Source: Sedimentisphaerales bacterium
GTDB lineage: Bacteria > Planctomycetota > Phycisphaerae > Sedimentisphaerales > SM23-30
Length of the DNA: 64,000 nt
Strand: one strand, 5' to 3'
NCBI GenBank assembly: GCA_963666285.1
Contig: OY762711.1
In this document: in pieces, positions 1 to 11,341 of the stretch
Layout of the letters: every line of letters starts with the position of its first letter
Position numbering within the stretch: position 1 is the first letter of the stretch
Notes under the pieces: model-generated
Told to the model about the DNA's origin: nothing
The model's database searches: none
The model's input: the letters and a program-made list of their open reading frames with translations, nothing else
Translations under genes and position numbers: made by a program

Positions 1-2400
1 CCTCTACGCTATCTGCTTTTTCCTGATTTTCCTGCTTCTGCTGCAAATATTTCTTGAGTACAAGTCTTCTCCTGGAAACGTATAACCATCGTAATATCAA
101 CCTGTTAACAAACAATACAGCAAGGAAAAACAGCAAAGATTTTGCCAGGTGATAATGAAGAAGTCTCGCTGCGTTTATATATCCCACCATTGAAATAATA
201 CAGAAAATAAACGGAACAATTATTACCAAAATAAACCACACCCTGATAAGTTTGTGAATTCGTACGCTTGAATTCATTTCCTGCATATTACCAACAATAG
301 AACCATTGGGATTAAAAACAATAAAAAGAAACGCGGTCACAAAAATCTGCTCAACCAAAAATATCGACCTTAAACCGGCATTTTTAATATCCAGGTGTAA
401 TGGCAGACTTTCCAGCGTTGAATACAAAAATGTCAGGACAATAACGCAAACATAAAACCAGAGCAAATGTTTCCGAAAAGCAACCTGAGACTTTTTATCA
501 AATTTCAGGTGAGTACATAATCCACCGGGAATTGTAAACCATCGCAACAGGAAAAACATGAGTGTTATTGTCGTAATGTTCTGTAAACCTGAATACAATT
601 CCGAACCTGAACTAGAAGCCACAATCGATACAGAATATCTCCAGGCCAGAAAAGCCAACAAAAGAGGTACAGGTAATGCTGCAATAGTAGAAAGAAAGGT
701 GGTATTTACAGTGTATAAGAACCTGTCTGTAGCAGCCTGTTTTATTTTTTCAGTATAACTATTGATCCTGGAACGAAACCAGAATCTCGAAGCGGATAAT
801 ATTATAATAACCAACAGCGTCATATAATATGAGACAGAATTAATTTTAAAATCTGTGACATATGAATTAAAGTCACGAACATATATCTTTTTATCAAATA
901 GAGCCTTTAATGCTGATAGTGTATGCTTGATCTGATTCTTCTCGAAAGATGACCTGCTCTTAATCCAGAGAAGATTTTTTTCAATCAACATACTATATTC
1001 CTGAACAATATCGATAAGATCACGTTCTTCAGCATCTAACTGAGCCAGAGAGCTTAAATAATTAATATAATCCCCTGATATCATACTCAGCAATTGCCTT
1101 TCCTGTTCAAGGTACTGCTTCAACTCATCAAGATACCTGCCATATTCAGAATCATTTTTTGTGATATCTACACGGGCGAGCATTTCTTCAGCTCTAGCTT
1201 CAATATTTAACAACTCTGTCCATTTAGCATCAGTAGTATGCCATTCAAGCTGTGCAGATGAAATTAAATCAAATCGTAACTTGATATTCTTTGAATACTG
1301 CTTGATTTCCGGAAGATTATCTTTCTTGGTCTGAAGAAGCATTCCCATTGTACTGGTAACTTTTTCAGTTTTACCGATAAGTTCTTTTGTCTTTGTGAAA
1401 TCACCCTCAGTCTGAGTTTTTAATGATGATATCTGATTTAACTCTTTTGTTACAGACTCGATTTTTTTCAACAAACCAGCTTGAGTTTCCGTCAACCTGC
1501 CTATTTCCTGTGCAACTTCTTTTGCGGCATCATTAGAATATTTCGCCTGCTGAGCAGTAGATTGAGCCTCCTGCTTTACCTGCTGCAGATTTCTTTTGCG
1601 GATTTGATTTACCACACCCTGCCAGTTCTCAACCTTCTTTTCATTAGCCGCCAAAATTTTAGCAGCCAGTTCTCTACGAAGCGGAAGCACAGTTTTTGCT
1701 GCTTCGTATGCTTTCATTTCTTCCTGTAAAGTTTCTATCTGGACTCTATTAAGCTGAATCTTTACTTGATTTTTTAAGAAGTCAATATATGCTAAGCCGT
1801 TTTGTGCTGTTATATCTACAGGAGGTTTGAGACTGGTAAGAGATGAAAGAGACTCAGTCGCTTTTGAAATAGCTTCAGGTATTTCAGTAGTTCTTTTTGC
1901 CCTGCGCTGCGGCTCGTTCTCAAATTTAGCACTGATCTGCTTGGCATTATTAAAGTCCAGCTGGACCTGTGCCAGTTTACTCTCCGCTTCAGAAATAGTC
2001 AGTTCTTCACTTACCTTTTCTGCCGGTATCTCTTTTTTAGCATCTGCAATCTGCTTTTCCAGCTGCTCTTTATCAGCCGGAGCGTTTTTTTGCATCTGGA
2101 TATAATTAGTCCTCTGAGCTTCCAGCTCTTTTATCTGCTCCAGATCTTTAATGACCTGATTATATCCTGCCTCAAAACGAGCCAGATCTTCCGGTGACAC
2201 ATTTGCCTGAGCTGTAAAATCTTTTTTAAGCTGATTTACCTGATCAATAGTAACGACTACTACCTCATCGCTTATTCCATTAGCAGCAAGTGAGAGAGTA
2301 TTGCTATTGGCATCAGTATCCTGTCCAAAACTGACAGCAGGATTTATTACCAGCAACAACAACAGACATAGAAACAATGCTGACCTAATTATTTTCACCA
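1..2400 (-). CDS. Partial (C-terminus lies beyond the window start) MscK/KefA-like mechanosensitive channel, N-terminal portion: signal peptide, long periplasmic coiled-coil, then TM helices
   Basis: Minus-strand frame is open from an ATG at 2400 to position 1 (absent from the ORF track, presumably because it has no stop inside the window). The N-terminus MVKIIRSALFLCLLLLLVINPAVSFGQ is a signal peptide, followed by Q/K/E-rich heptad-like sequence and then hydrophobic TM stretches. This is the MscK-type architecture. Confidence 0.5.
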
Positions 2401-2448
2401 TATTACTCCTCGTATAATAAATACCGGAAGGTTAAGAGTACCAAAGAA

Positions 2449-3525
2449 TTAAAACCACTTATTCCTCTTGAAAAGGTATAACATTATAATAGTCATTACA
2501 AACATAATACCCCAGACGGAAGGATATCCCCATTTCCACCCCAGCTCTGGCATATTCACAAAATTCATCCCGTAAATTCCCGCAATGAAAGTCAGTGGAA
2601 TAAATATTGTGGCAATTATTGTAAGAACCTTCATTACTGAATTCATCTTATGACTTACACTAGACAGGTAAAGGTCCAGTAAACTGGAAACCATTTCACG
2701 GAAGGTGTCCACTGAATCTGCAACCCCGTTCGAATGATCAAAAACATCCGACATATATGGCATAACAGTGTCACTGAAAAAATCAGTCTCACTCTTTGCC
2801 AGTGAGCCAAGCATCTCTCGCGATGCCCAGTTCGCCTTTCGTAGAATATGTAAATCACCTTTTATACTATGAATCTTCTGAACTATATCCGGCTGCGGGT
2901 TTACAAAAACCTGGTCTTCGAGCTTTTCGATTAATTCAGCTTCAGTTTCAAGTATTGAGTAATAACTGTCTACAATTGCATCCAGTAAACTGTAGGCCAT
3001 ATAGTCGGTCGAAAGCTTCCTGATCCTTCCTTTATCATTTCTTATCCTGTTTCTGATTGAATCAAAAACATCACCGGGCTGCTCCTGAAAAGTAATAACC
3101 ACATTATCAATAAGAATAATACTTACCTGCTCAGATTTAATAGTTTGATTATCAGTATCATATGACAGCATCTTTAAAACAATAAATAAATAATCACCAA
3201 AATCCTCATACTTAGGCCGCTGTCCGGTATTGACAATATCTTCAAGTACGAGTGGATGAATATTATACTTTTTACCGATCACCTGAATAACTGACACATC
3301 ATGCAGGCCGTCTATATTTATCCAGTTGACACAATCACTTTTGACATAATCTGAAATAGTGTCGATTGTGACATCTTCTTGTTCAAATACACTATCCTTA
3401 TTATAGGATATTGAGGTAATAAAAACTTTTTCAGTTTTCTTTTCTCCAACATGAACCATCGTCCCAGGAGGCATACCTGCTTTTTTTGACTGTCTCGTTA
3501 TTTTCTTGTTCAAATGCCAGTTCAT
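2449..3525 (-). CDS. corA: Magnesium/cobalt transporter CorA
   Basis: 358 aa with two C-terminal TM helices and the CorA signature YGMNF (GMN motif) in ...IAGIYGMNFVNMPEL. Confidence 0.85.
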   Translation of the reverse strand: MNWHLNKKITRQSKKAGMPPGTMVHVGEKKTEKVFITSISYNKDSVFEQEDVTIDTISDYVKSDCVNWINIDGLHDVSVIQVIGKKYNIHPLVLEDIVNTGQRPKYEDFGDYLFIVLKMLSYDTDNQTIKSEQVSIILIDNVVITFQEQPGDVFDSIRNRIRNDKGRIRKLSTDYMAYSLLDAIVDSYYSILETEAELIEKLEDQVFVNPQPDIVQKIHSIKGDLHILRKANWASREMLGSLAKSETDFFSDTVMPYMSDVFDHSNGVADSVDTFREMVSSLLDLYLSSVSHKMNSVMKVLTIIATIFIPLTFIAGIYGMNFVNMPELGWKWGYPSVWGIMFVMTIIMLYLFKRNKWF

Positions 3526-3538
3526 AACAATACCTGTA

Positions 3539-4627
3539 TTAAGCTAATGTTTGTTTTTCCATTTCGACACGCAGCTTTGGAAGTTTATCTGAATGATTTT
3601 CATTTATAAATTTAACAAGCTTTTCTCTCACTTCGCACCTTAAATTCCATGCCGTCGGCCCGTCACAGGCACTCATAAGAGCACGCAGCTCGATTGTCTT
3701 TTCTGTAGTATTAGTAACTTGCAGCACGCAGCACTTTTTATCCCAATACTCCGACCCTTCAAGAATAATCCGCAACTGATCGCGAATATCATCTATAGGT
3801 GCATTATAATCCGCATACACAAATACTGAGCCCAGTAGATCAGCCGATGTCCTGGTCCAGTTTTGAAAAGGTCTTTCAATAAAATATGTTATCGGCACAA
3901 TAAGCCTGCGCAGATCCCAGATTCTCACTACAACGTAAGTTAAATTGATTTCTTCTATCCAACCCCATTCGTTTTCCACAATTACAACATCATCTATCCG
4001 TATTGGCTGGGTAAATGCTATCTGAAGCCCGGCGATAAACGTAGCAATAGTTTTTTGAGCCGCCATACCAACAACAATACTCAATATCCCGGCAGAAGCC
4101 AAAATCGTTGTGCCAAGCTGCCTGACTCTCTCAAAAGTCATCAATATTGTACCAAGAGCAACAATGAAAACTATAACAAGAATAATCCTCCTTGTAACCT
4201 TTAGCTGAGTATGAACTTTCCTGGCTTTCAGATTATCTTTTCGGCCAACATCGAACCGGGCTAATACCACCTCCTCAATAACACTGGTTAACCTGATAAT
4301 CAGCCAGGATATAACTACAATAAGTAGTATTGCAACTAACTGTTTAGCTGCTTTTTCAATATCCTGCGGAAACTTGGCAAGCGTAATAAATAGATTAAAA
4401 GAGAATAGGATAATCATCCACTGCAGCGGCTGCCTGCATTTTCTTAATACAGAATTAGATAAGGCAAAAGTTTCGCTTTTACCAAACTTCTTGAGAATAT
4501 ATGAACTTACAAGCAGGGCTGCTGCTACAAGCCCGGCGAATACTATTACCTGAAACATATACTGACTTAGATATTCATATAAATTTTCCATAGCACCGTC
4601 ACCATCATAATTTCTTTTATTAAACAC
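3539..4627 (-). CDS. MscS-family small-conductance mechanosensitive channel
   Basis: 362 aa, N-terminal TM helices followed by an MscS-like beta domain (..IVPITYFIERPFQNWTR..). Adjacent to the MscK-like gene. Confidence 0.7.
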   Translation of the reverse strand: MFNKRNYDGDGAMENLYEYLSQYMFQVIVFAGLVAAALLVSSYILKKFGKSETFALSNSVLRKCRQPLQWMIILFSFNLFITLAKFPQDIEKAAKQLVAILLIVVISWLIIRLTSVIEEVVLARFDVGRKDNLKARKVHTQLKVTRRIILVIVFIVALGTILMTFERVRQLGTTILASAGILSIVVGMAAQKTIATFIAGLQIAFTQPIRIDDVVIVENEWGWIEEINLTYVVVRIWDLRRLIVPITYFIERPFQNWTRTSADLLGSVFVYADYNAPIDDIRDQLRIILEGSEYWDKKCCVLQVTNTTEKTIELRALMSACDGPTAWNLRCEVREKLVKFINENHSDKLPKLRVEMEKQTLA

Positions 4628-4779
4628 ACTTACCTGCTGGAAAGCGGACAGTTGCTTCTAATAATTATATGCCTCTGATAAAATGATAAGCAAATAAAAA
4701 CGGCTCTGCAAGAGTTAACTTAAAACGCTTGAAAAAACTGACAAAACCAGAAATTGCAGGATAATTCCATCATAATCAT

Positions 4780-6924
4780 CTACAAAGACCTGATCAGCAT
4801 TGCCAGAAGCAGGCTGCGGTCTATTATGCTCGCACGCACAATCTTTTCTTTCCTGCTTTCATCCCATTCACCAAGCGGCCCCATCCCGCCAATTCGCGGT
4901 TTATCTCCTTTTACATTACATAACTCAGATGACGACCAGCGATGCTCCGGTTTTACCCTTACATCAATAGACTTGGCAACAGATTTAGTAGCCTCAAATA
5001 AAGCGTCATTTTTGTCACATTGCGGCATAGGTAACCGATGTATGCCGCCATCAAAAATTACCTCTATATCTTTCTTAAGTTTACCGGGAGAAGCCAGCTT
5101 ACGGACACGTTTATCAATACTGTCGAAAGATTCCAGGCAGTTAAACCTTACACTCAACCCGGCAGAGCCGAAAGCCGTAGCCCGAAAAATATTTGACTTA
5201 AACGAGATATCATATGGTGATATCACAACCGTATCATCATTTTGCGATAGTTCACTGATATTCATCAAAGTTTTATTGAACAGAGTTGAAACAGAGACAA
5301 CTTTTTCCGGTTCGATATTATTTTTTAACCTGATTGTATATCGATATGAAGCAGAACCCGAACGCGATGTTACAATACCTCCATCCATTGTGCCTCCGTG
5401 CATACCAATAATATAGTTTGCATTTAATGACTTAGCATCTATTGCCGGGCCGGAATATTTCCCGTTCAGGGTATCATCTGTCGATAGCATAATGCCAACT
5501 TTTTTCTTCTTTAAGCTGCGAGCAAATTTAAGAGCCTGAAGAGCCGCTACACAAACAGCAATTCCACCTTTATTGTCCCAGATACCGGTGCCGGAAATAT
5601 ACCTGTCAGATTCAGAGTAATACAAATGATTGGAAATCCCTACCCTGGTATCAAGAGAAAGCATAATAAGTACATCCAGATGTTCATCATAAGAATTGGT
5701 AAAAAACATAGGATTACCAACTTCAATCTGCGGGTATACCTGATATGTAAAACCAAGCTGGCTAAGCTCTGACTGTACCATCTGGGAACATTTATTTACA
5801 CCTTCTGTATTACGGACATATGTATTAATATTTACAAGCTTCTTTAAAAATTTCTCTGTCTGCGGCTGCCGACCTCGCAGGAAAGTTCTCAACCTGCTGT
5901 GCAGCGGTGTCTTTACTGATTTGGGGCTTGGTGTTTCAGCCGGAAAGTCTGTAAAATAGCGAATCGTCGCGACATCAAGCATTTTTGTCACCATCGACTG
6001 ATAATCATAACCGGCAACCTGGGCAGCATTGAAATACGAGCCTGTCAGGCCAAGACTGGCCATCGAGTTAATCTCCAGCAAGAAAATGTTATCCTGTTGG
6101 TCCATACGAATATCTACCCTGGCGAAATCACGGAGGTCAAGAGCCTTAAACGCATCCCTACTTAATTTAGCCATCTTTTCAGCTATCTCTTCGGATATAT
6201 TCGCAGGACATATTTTATTGCGAGGTCGCTGTTTCTTATCACCCTCGGTCTGGATAGCATCGGGGTCATTTTCAAGATCTATTTCAAGAACCGGAAAGGT
6301 CTCAACCGGTGAGTTCCCCAATATCCCGACGCAAAATTCCCTACCTCTGATAAATTGTTCAACCAGGGCCTGCTGTTGAAACTCAGTAATAATAAAATGG
6401 ACAGCCTCCTTCAAATCCTGCTCGTTATAAACAACCTTCAAGCCAAAAGAAACGCTCTCCATCTTGGGCTTTACTATCACAGGATACTTAACCGACGACA
6501 TATCATCATTAGGCGTGCTGAATACCCAATAGTCAGGAGTAGGTAATCCGTTATTTTTCCAGATAACTTTGGTCAAAACTTTATCAAGGGCAAGTGCATG
6601 TCCGGCAGGTGAGGAACCGACGTAAGGTATTCCCAGCATTTCCAGTAGTGACGGGATATGCGTGTATCTGCATTCTCCCTGGATACCATAAGCCATATTA
6701 AAGACCATACCCATTTGTTCGCCTTCGATCACTCTGGGCATAAATTCTTCGAGCCTCTCGATAATATATTTATTACCGTCAAGAACCGCGACATTATGCC
6801 CAACATTCTCCAGGCATTTCGCAACCCTGAGTACAGTTTTTTCTGAATAAGTTTCCTTATTCTGCATTCCAAGCTGGTTAATAACACCACTCATATCCTT
6901 GTTGTGAATGATAGCGACTTTCAT
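4780..6924 (-). CDS. Fusion protein: N-terminal D-alanine--D-alanine ligase-like ATP-grasp domain plus C-terminal M20-family metallopeptidase (DapE/ArgE-like) domain
   Basis: The N-terminal 330 aa carry Ddl hallmarks (VFNMAYGIQGECRY..LLEMLGIPYVGSSPAGHALALDK, ..LLEINSMASLG..). The C-terminal 380 aa carry M20 hallmarks (..GIWDNKGGIAVCVAALQALK.., GMHGGTMDGG). Confidence 0.6.
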   Translation of the reverse strand: MKVAIIHNKDMSGVINQLGMQNKETYSEKTVLRVAKCLENVGHNVAVLDGNKYIIERLEEFMPRVIEGEQMGMVFNMAYGIQGECRYTHIPSLLEMLGIPYVGSSPAGHALALDKVLTKVIWKNNGLPTPDYWVFSTPNDDMSSVKYPVIVKPKMESVSFGLKVVYNEQDLKEAVHFIITEFQQQALVEQFIRGREFCVGILGNSPVETFPVLEIDLENDPDAIQTEGDKKQRPRNKICPANISEEIAEKMAKLSRDAFKALDLRDFARVDIRMDQQDNIFLLEINSMASLGLTGSYFNAAQVAGYDYQSMVTKMLDVATIRYFTDFPAETPSPKSVKTPLHSRLRTFLRGRQPQTEKFLKKLVNINTYVRNTEGVNKCSQMVQSELSQLGFTYQVYPQIEVGNPMFFTNSYDEHLDVLIMLSLDTRVGISNHLYYSESDRYISGTGIWDNKGGIAVCVAALQALKFARSLKKKKVGIMLSTDDTLNGKYSGPAIDAKSLNANYIIGMHGGTMDGGIVTSRSGSASYRYTIRLKNNIEPEKVVSVSTLFNKTLMNISELSQNDDTVVISPYDISFKSNIFRATAFGSAGLSVRFNCLESFDSIDKRVRKLASPGKLKKDIEVIFDGGIHRLPMPQCDKNDALFEATKSVAKSIDVRVKPEHRWSSSELCNVKGDKPRIGGMGPLGEWDESRKEKIVRASIIDRSLLLAMLIRSL

Positions 6925-6985
6925 AATTCACCTTTACTATTTGACTTCGCCCGGTCGAGCTTAAAACCTCTTTCCAAAGACATCT

Positions 6986-7594
6986 CTAAACTGAATTTTC
7001 ATCAATAAGCCCGCAAATATTCAAAAAATTCTGCATTATTTTTATACCATCCTTACCGGAAACTTCCGGATGTGACTGGAAACCATAAACAGGTTTATCC
7101 TTATGTTTGAATATTTCGATCGGACAAGCCTGGGAATATCCCAACAGCTCAAAACCTATCGGCATTTTACTCACACAATGATGATGCTTTTCCCGAAGCA
7201 TAATTTCAGTCTTATCAATGCCGGCAAATATTGGATCATCCGGCCTGGTTATTGTTACTTTTTCCATCTTCTGCTGGGGAACAGCCATTCTCTTTACCCG
7301 GCCCTGCCAGGCAACCGCAAGAATCTCAAAACCAAGACAAAAACCTATTATAGGAACATCATAGTTCATAATAGCGACAAAATTTGCCGTCAAATTCAGC
7401 GGTTCCCAAGGGGTACCTTTTCCACCGGAAAGAATTATACCTTGCACCTGTGTATTTTGAGGCACAATAACAGGCTGGTTGTGGTCAAAAAACATAACAT
7501 CAAAATCATGCTCACTTAGAAAGTTACGCTTGAATTTCTTTATAAAGCTGCTCTGATTGTCTATTACGATAAGCATAACCATACCATCTTTCAA
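6986..7594 (-). CDS. Class I glutamine amidotransferase-like protein (GATase1)
   Basis: 202 aa with ..ILSGGKGTPWE.. and the catalytic Cys context GFCLGFEILA, typical of GMP-synthase-type GATase domains. Confidence 0.6.
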   Translation of the reverse strand: MKDGMVMLIVIDNQSSFIKKFKRNFLSEHDFDVMFFDHNQPVIVPQNTQVQGIILSGGKGTPWEPLNLTANFVAIMNYDVPIIGFCLGFEILAVAWQGRVKRMAVPQQKMEKVTITRPDDPIFAGIDKTEIMLREKHHHCVSKMPIGFELLGYSQACPIEIFKHKDKPVYGFQSHPEVSGKDGIKIMQNFLNICGLIDENSV

Positions 7595-7796
7595 TAGAGG
7601 TAAATCGATTAACTATAGACAGATTACTATATCCAGTCGGAATTCTAGTCTTTTTGATCGGCATGTCTATAGTAATATTTGTTTTTTTGAAAAACGATAA
7701 AGCAATATTTCTATTACATTATACTTTAAGCTAGAATCATTCCAACATGAAGTAAAACGATAAAAATCTGTTTTGGTTCAGCAGCTTTGATAAATG

Positions 7797-8909
7797 CTAA
7801 CCTTTAGGTTCAATCGTCTTGCCTGTATATTCCAATATGCCAATAAGAACCAGAATCATGATAGTCTGGACGAAAATGAGTATCATTCCAAATGTTGATA
7901 CCTGATGCAAAATCGTAGCCCCCAATCCGGTAACAGCGGTCGTAAGATAAATAGTCAGAACCGCAGTTCTCTGGCTCATGCCGTGATTTGTCAACCTGTG
8001 TGAAAAATGCTGCTTGTCACCAACAAATGGACTTTTACCCTGCAGCAGGCGAATAACCACAACAACAAAAAAGTCATATAACGGTACAGCCAATACTATC
8101 AGCGGCATAAGGGCGGCATAGCGTGGAGATGAACCTTCAGCTGAGTAATAAGTTGTCTTGACTGAGGCAACCGCCATAAACAACCCAACCAGCAGCGAAC
8201 CGGCATCACCCATAAATATCGATGCCGGGTTGAAGTTATAAAAAAGGAATCCTATCAGTGAACCAACCACCATAGCAATAAAGCAACCCACAAATACCTG
8301 GCCGCTGGCTATCGCGGCAAAAAGTATTATACTCCCCGCAATTGCAGCAATACCGGCAGACAAACCATCCATATTATCCAGAAAGTTAAACGAGTTTATT
8401 ATTATTACTATCCATACCACAGACAGCAAAACCCGTAGAGCATAACTTTCTATAAAGAAGTCAAAACGAATATTTCCCGCAGTAGCCAGTAGTAATGCTG
8501 CCAGCAGTTGAACTGCCAGTTTGACTTTTGGACCCAATGCTTTTCTGTCATCAATCAAACCTGTAATGTGCAGAATTGTTGCTGCCAGAACAAATATCAG
8601 TAATTGAGGAGCTCGCTCTTTTAGACCGGGTAAATGAGACGCAAAAGTGCCTCCAAGAAGTTTTTCTGCAACATCTGGAGTCATCGCCAAAACAGATACA
8701 CATAATATCCCCAGCGGAGCTACCACCGTCAGAAAAATTGCTATCCCGCCGCCAAGTGCAATCGGCCTGGTATGCACCTTTCGATGGCCGGGCATATCAG
8801 CAAAACCACTTGCTATTGCCAGCTTGCGGACAACTGCTGTTAATACGGCAGAAGCGATAAGAGCGAAAACTCCTGCTGATATTATAAATGTCAGTTCTGT
8901 TATATTCAT
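7797..8909 (-). CDS. MraY/WecA-family polyprenyl-phosphate sugar-1-phosphate transferase (glycosyltransferase family 4)
   Basis: 370 aa polytopic membrane protein with the family motif NSFNFLDNMDGLSAGIA and an Asp-rich cytoplasmic loop (GLIDDRKALGPK). Confidence 0.7.
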   Translation of the reverse strand: MNITELTFIISAGVFALIASAVLTAVVRKLAIASGFADMPGHRKVHTRPIALGGGIAIFLTVVAPLGILCVSVLAMTPDVAEKLLGGTFASHLPGLKERAPQLLIFVLAATILHITGLIDDRKALGPKVKLAVQLLAALLLATAGNIRFDFFIESYALRVLLSVVWIVIIINSFNFLDNMDGLSAGIAAIAGSIILFAAIASGQVFVGCFIAMVVGSLIGFLFYNFNPASIFMGDAGSLLVGLFMAVASVKTTYYSAEGSSPRYAALMPLIVLAVPLYDFFVVVVIRLLQGKSPFVGDKQHFSHRLTNHGMSQRTAVLTIYLTTAVTGLGATILHQVSTFGMILIFVQTIMILVLIGILEYTGKTIEPKG

Positions 8910-8973
8910 AACTCTATCTGTTATTCAGCCAGAATATTTATAATTTGTCAAACAATCTTGAATCGCAATTCGA

Positions 8974-9537
8974 TTACCAGACATCTGGCCTGTCTTTTGT
9001 AGCCTCGATATATGACTCTCGAGCTGCATTCAAAAACGGGTCATAGTCACCAGATCCATAGTCAGGATAAGTATAAGGCCAGGAATTCCATTTTTCATAG
9101 CAATAATGAAGGGTAGCCTCTGCATACATATCATTACCTATATAAACCCGATGAGAATAGTCTTTTGTCGTTACCAGTACCAGTTTACTGCTGTTAATAT
9201 ACCCCGGGTCGAGATTAACTGCCCGCTTTACCGCGAGCGACTGTGCAGCAGGCACTTCCTGCAAGTCCAGCTCAAGCTTATTGGATTGATGTTTTATGCC
9301 GGAAATATCCTCGGGCAAAATCAGCTTTTCAAAGGCAACAAATTTTCGCAGCAGACCTTCACCCATTGCTTTATTGTAATATCGGGTATAGATAAACGGC
9401 ATTACCTCTGACCTGACATCTATCCGGCCCCAAAGTTCTGCCATAAACTGCTCAGCCAGATCAAACAATTGCTCATTCAGGCTCAACATGCCTACAATAA
9501 GCTTAACCGGTTTTTGTGGATATAATTTTTGAGTCAC
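8974..9537 (-). CDS. Hypothetical protein of unknown function (first gene of the Ddl-fusion cluster)
   Basis: 187-aa ORF with no recognisable motifs. Reads as coding and is co-oriented with the downstream cluster. Confidence 0.4.
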   Translation of the reverse strand: MTQKLYPQKPVKLIVGMLSLNEQLFDLAEQFMAELWGRIDVRSEVMPFIYTRYYNKAMGEGLLRKFVAFEKLILPEDISGIKHQSNKLELDLQEVPAAQSLAVKRAVNLDPGYINSSKLVLVTTKDYSHRVYIGNDMYAEATLHYCYEKWNSWPYTYPDYGSGDYDPFLNAARESYIEATKDRPDVW

Positions 9538-9640
9538 GATAATCCAAAATATTGAAAAAATGCCATATTAAAAAAGGCACAAGGACTCTTCGCCGTCCAT
9601 GTGCCCTTTATATTTATTATAATAATTGTGATTAAATCAC

Positions 9641-11077
9641 TTAATTCTCTGCCTGCTTATCAGAGTATCCAATAAAGCGGAAGAATCGCTTCATATTAAA
9701 TGTTGGAACTCCAAGCCTTGACCCTTCATCGATTGCTGCCTTATACTGTTCAACTCTTTTCATTGCTTTTTCTGCTGCGTCAGTGGCATCCTGACTACCG
9801 CCAATTACATTTTGCGGTGCTATCGGCTCGTATCCATATACCAGGAAGTCAGTGTCAACACCAACTGTATTTACGACCTTACCACCCCAGCCTTTAATCA
9901 AGGTTACAATCCTGTCGTAACCATCAATATCAATTTCTTCGTTCATATCAAAATCAAAATCACCTACAACACAGAAATTGAATTCTTTTTCCTTATCCCA
10001 AACCAGGTTGGCAATAATATCACCTTTTATAATCGGGTTCGTGCTTTTCGTTTCCACAACACGACATTTTGATATACTATCAAGAATCTCTACAACTTCA
10101 ATGGTGGCTTTACCCTGACCGTTAGTCGGAACTGTTTTATCAAGACCATCATAAACACTGAAAGTCAAGCCGCGATATATTTTATCGTTGGCAGCAAGGT
10201 TGATATAAACCATTCTCTCACGAGCGTCAACTGATATAATTGTACCATCAGGATCAAGAGCTTCCAAGCCCTCTGTAGGATTCGGACGAATAATTTTTAC
10301 TATTTCTTCAAGATCTTCAGCTTTCTTGGTCAGACTTTCGACAACTTCCTGCTTCTGATCCAGTTCCTGCTTCATTGTATCAGTCTGTTTCTGGATCTCG
10401 TCTTTTTCTTTCTGCAGGGCCTGGACATGATTTTCAAATCTTCCCTGGATATCTTCAATACTGTCATTAGTCTGATTTTTCATATTCGCCACTGTCATAC
10501 CAAGCGAATCAATCTGGGTCTGAAGTTCTTCGATTTGTTTTTTATAAGTATCGTTCTGCTGTGCACTGGAGTCAAGCTGCTGACTGGCTTCTTGTGCCAG
10601 CTGATTCATCTGGCCATTTAACTCATCAAGCAATCCGATTAGATCTCCAATGATACCTGCCAAACCTTTCTCTTTTGCCTCTTCTTCGGTAATCCCTAAG
10701 ATTCCAGAAACATCCAGCCATACTGATTCCAGACGGTTATCAATATTTGCCTTGGCAGTCGATAAACTGTAATTCACCTGGTTTTTACCTATTAGTGAAT
10801 TACTGAAATCCCTTACAACAGCATCAAGCTTCTTAAAAGTGGTACCACCACCTTGAACGCTGGCACTTTCAGCCAGTTTTTTAACTTCATTAATTTCACT
10901 TGCATTTCCAAGCTGATCAAGTTGCGATTTCGCATCTTTTGCCTGCTTGTTATACTTTTCAATATTCACATATAATGTTATTGCCAGACCGGCGGTAATG
11001 AGAAACAAAACGATGAATATCACCATTACTATTACGGCTGTATTGCCACTATCAGAGCCGCCTTTGGGAGCTGCCAT
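9641..11077 (-). CDS. Membrane-anchored long coiled-coil protein with a C-terminal globular domain (hypothetical)
   Basis: N-terminal TM (VIVMVIFIVLFLITAGLAITLYV), about 230 aa of Q/E/K-rich coiled coil, then a 200-aa C-terminal domain. Confidence 0.45.
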   Translation of the reverse strand: MAAPKGGSDSGNTAVIVMVIFIVLFLITAGLAITLYVNIEKYNKQAKDAKSQLDQLGNASEINEVKKLAESASVQGGGTTFKKLDAVVRDFSNSLIGKNQVNYSLSTAKANIDNRLESVWLDVSGILGITEEEAKEKGLAGIIGDLIGLLDELNGQMNQLAQEASQQLDSSAQQNDTYKKQIEELQTQIDSLGMTVANMKNQTNDSIEDIQGRFENHVQALQKEKDEIQKQTDTMKQELDQKQEVVESLTKKAEDLEEIVKIIRPNPTEGLEALDPDGTIISVDARERMVYINLAANDKIYRGLTFSVYDGLDKTVPTNGQGKATIEVVEILDSISKCRVVETKSTNPIIKGDIIANLVWDKEKEFNFCVVGDFDFDMNEEIDIDGYDRIVTLIKGWGGKVVNTVGVDTDFLVYGYEPIAPQNVIGGSQDATDAAEKAMKRVEQYKAAIDEGSRLGVPTFNMKRFFRFIGYSDKQAEN

Positions 11078-11313
11078 AAGTTATTTCTCCTAAATACGTT
11101 AAGGTGTGAAACATGGTTGGTTTATGTATCATTGACGCCGGATAGCAATATATCAGCGTATTGAACAGTAACGTAATATATCTAAAATATAGTAACAGGT
11201 CAAGAATAATTCATAAATGGCTAGATTAACAAAAGGATAGCCCAAAGCACGCCAACCTCTTGGGCCAACCAAAACTGCACACCCTTTTTTATCGCTAAGA
11301 AGCTATTTATTTC

Positions 11314-11341
11314 TTGACTAACAGGGCGTTAACACTATAAT
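11314..11341 (+). promoter_or_regulatory. Near-consensus sigma70-type promoter (TTGACT, 16-bp spacer, TATAAT) about 370 nt upstream of the 11715 gene
   Basis: TTGACT at 11314-11319 and TATAAT at 11336-11341, inside a 630-bp AT-rich divergent intergenic region. Confidence 0.4.
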
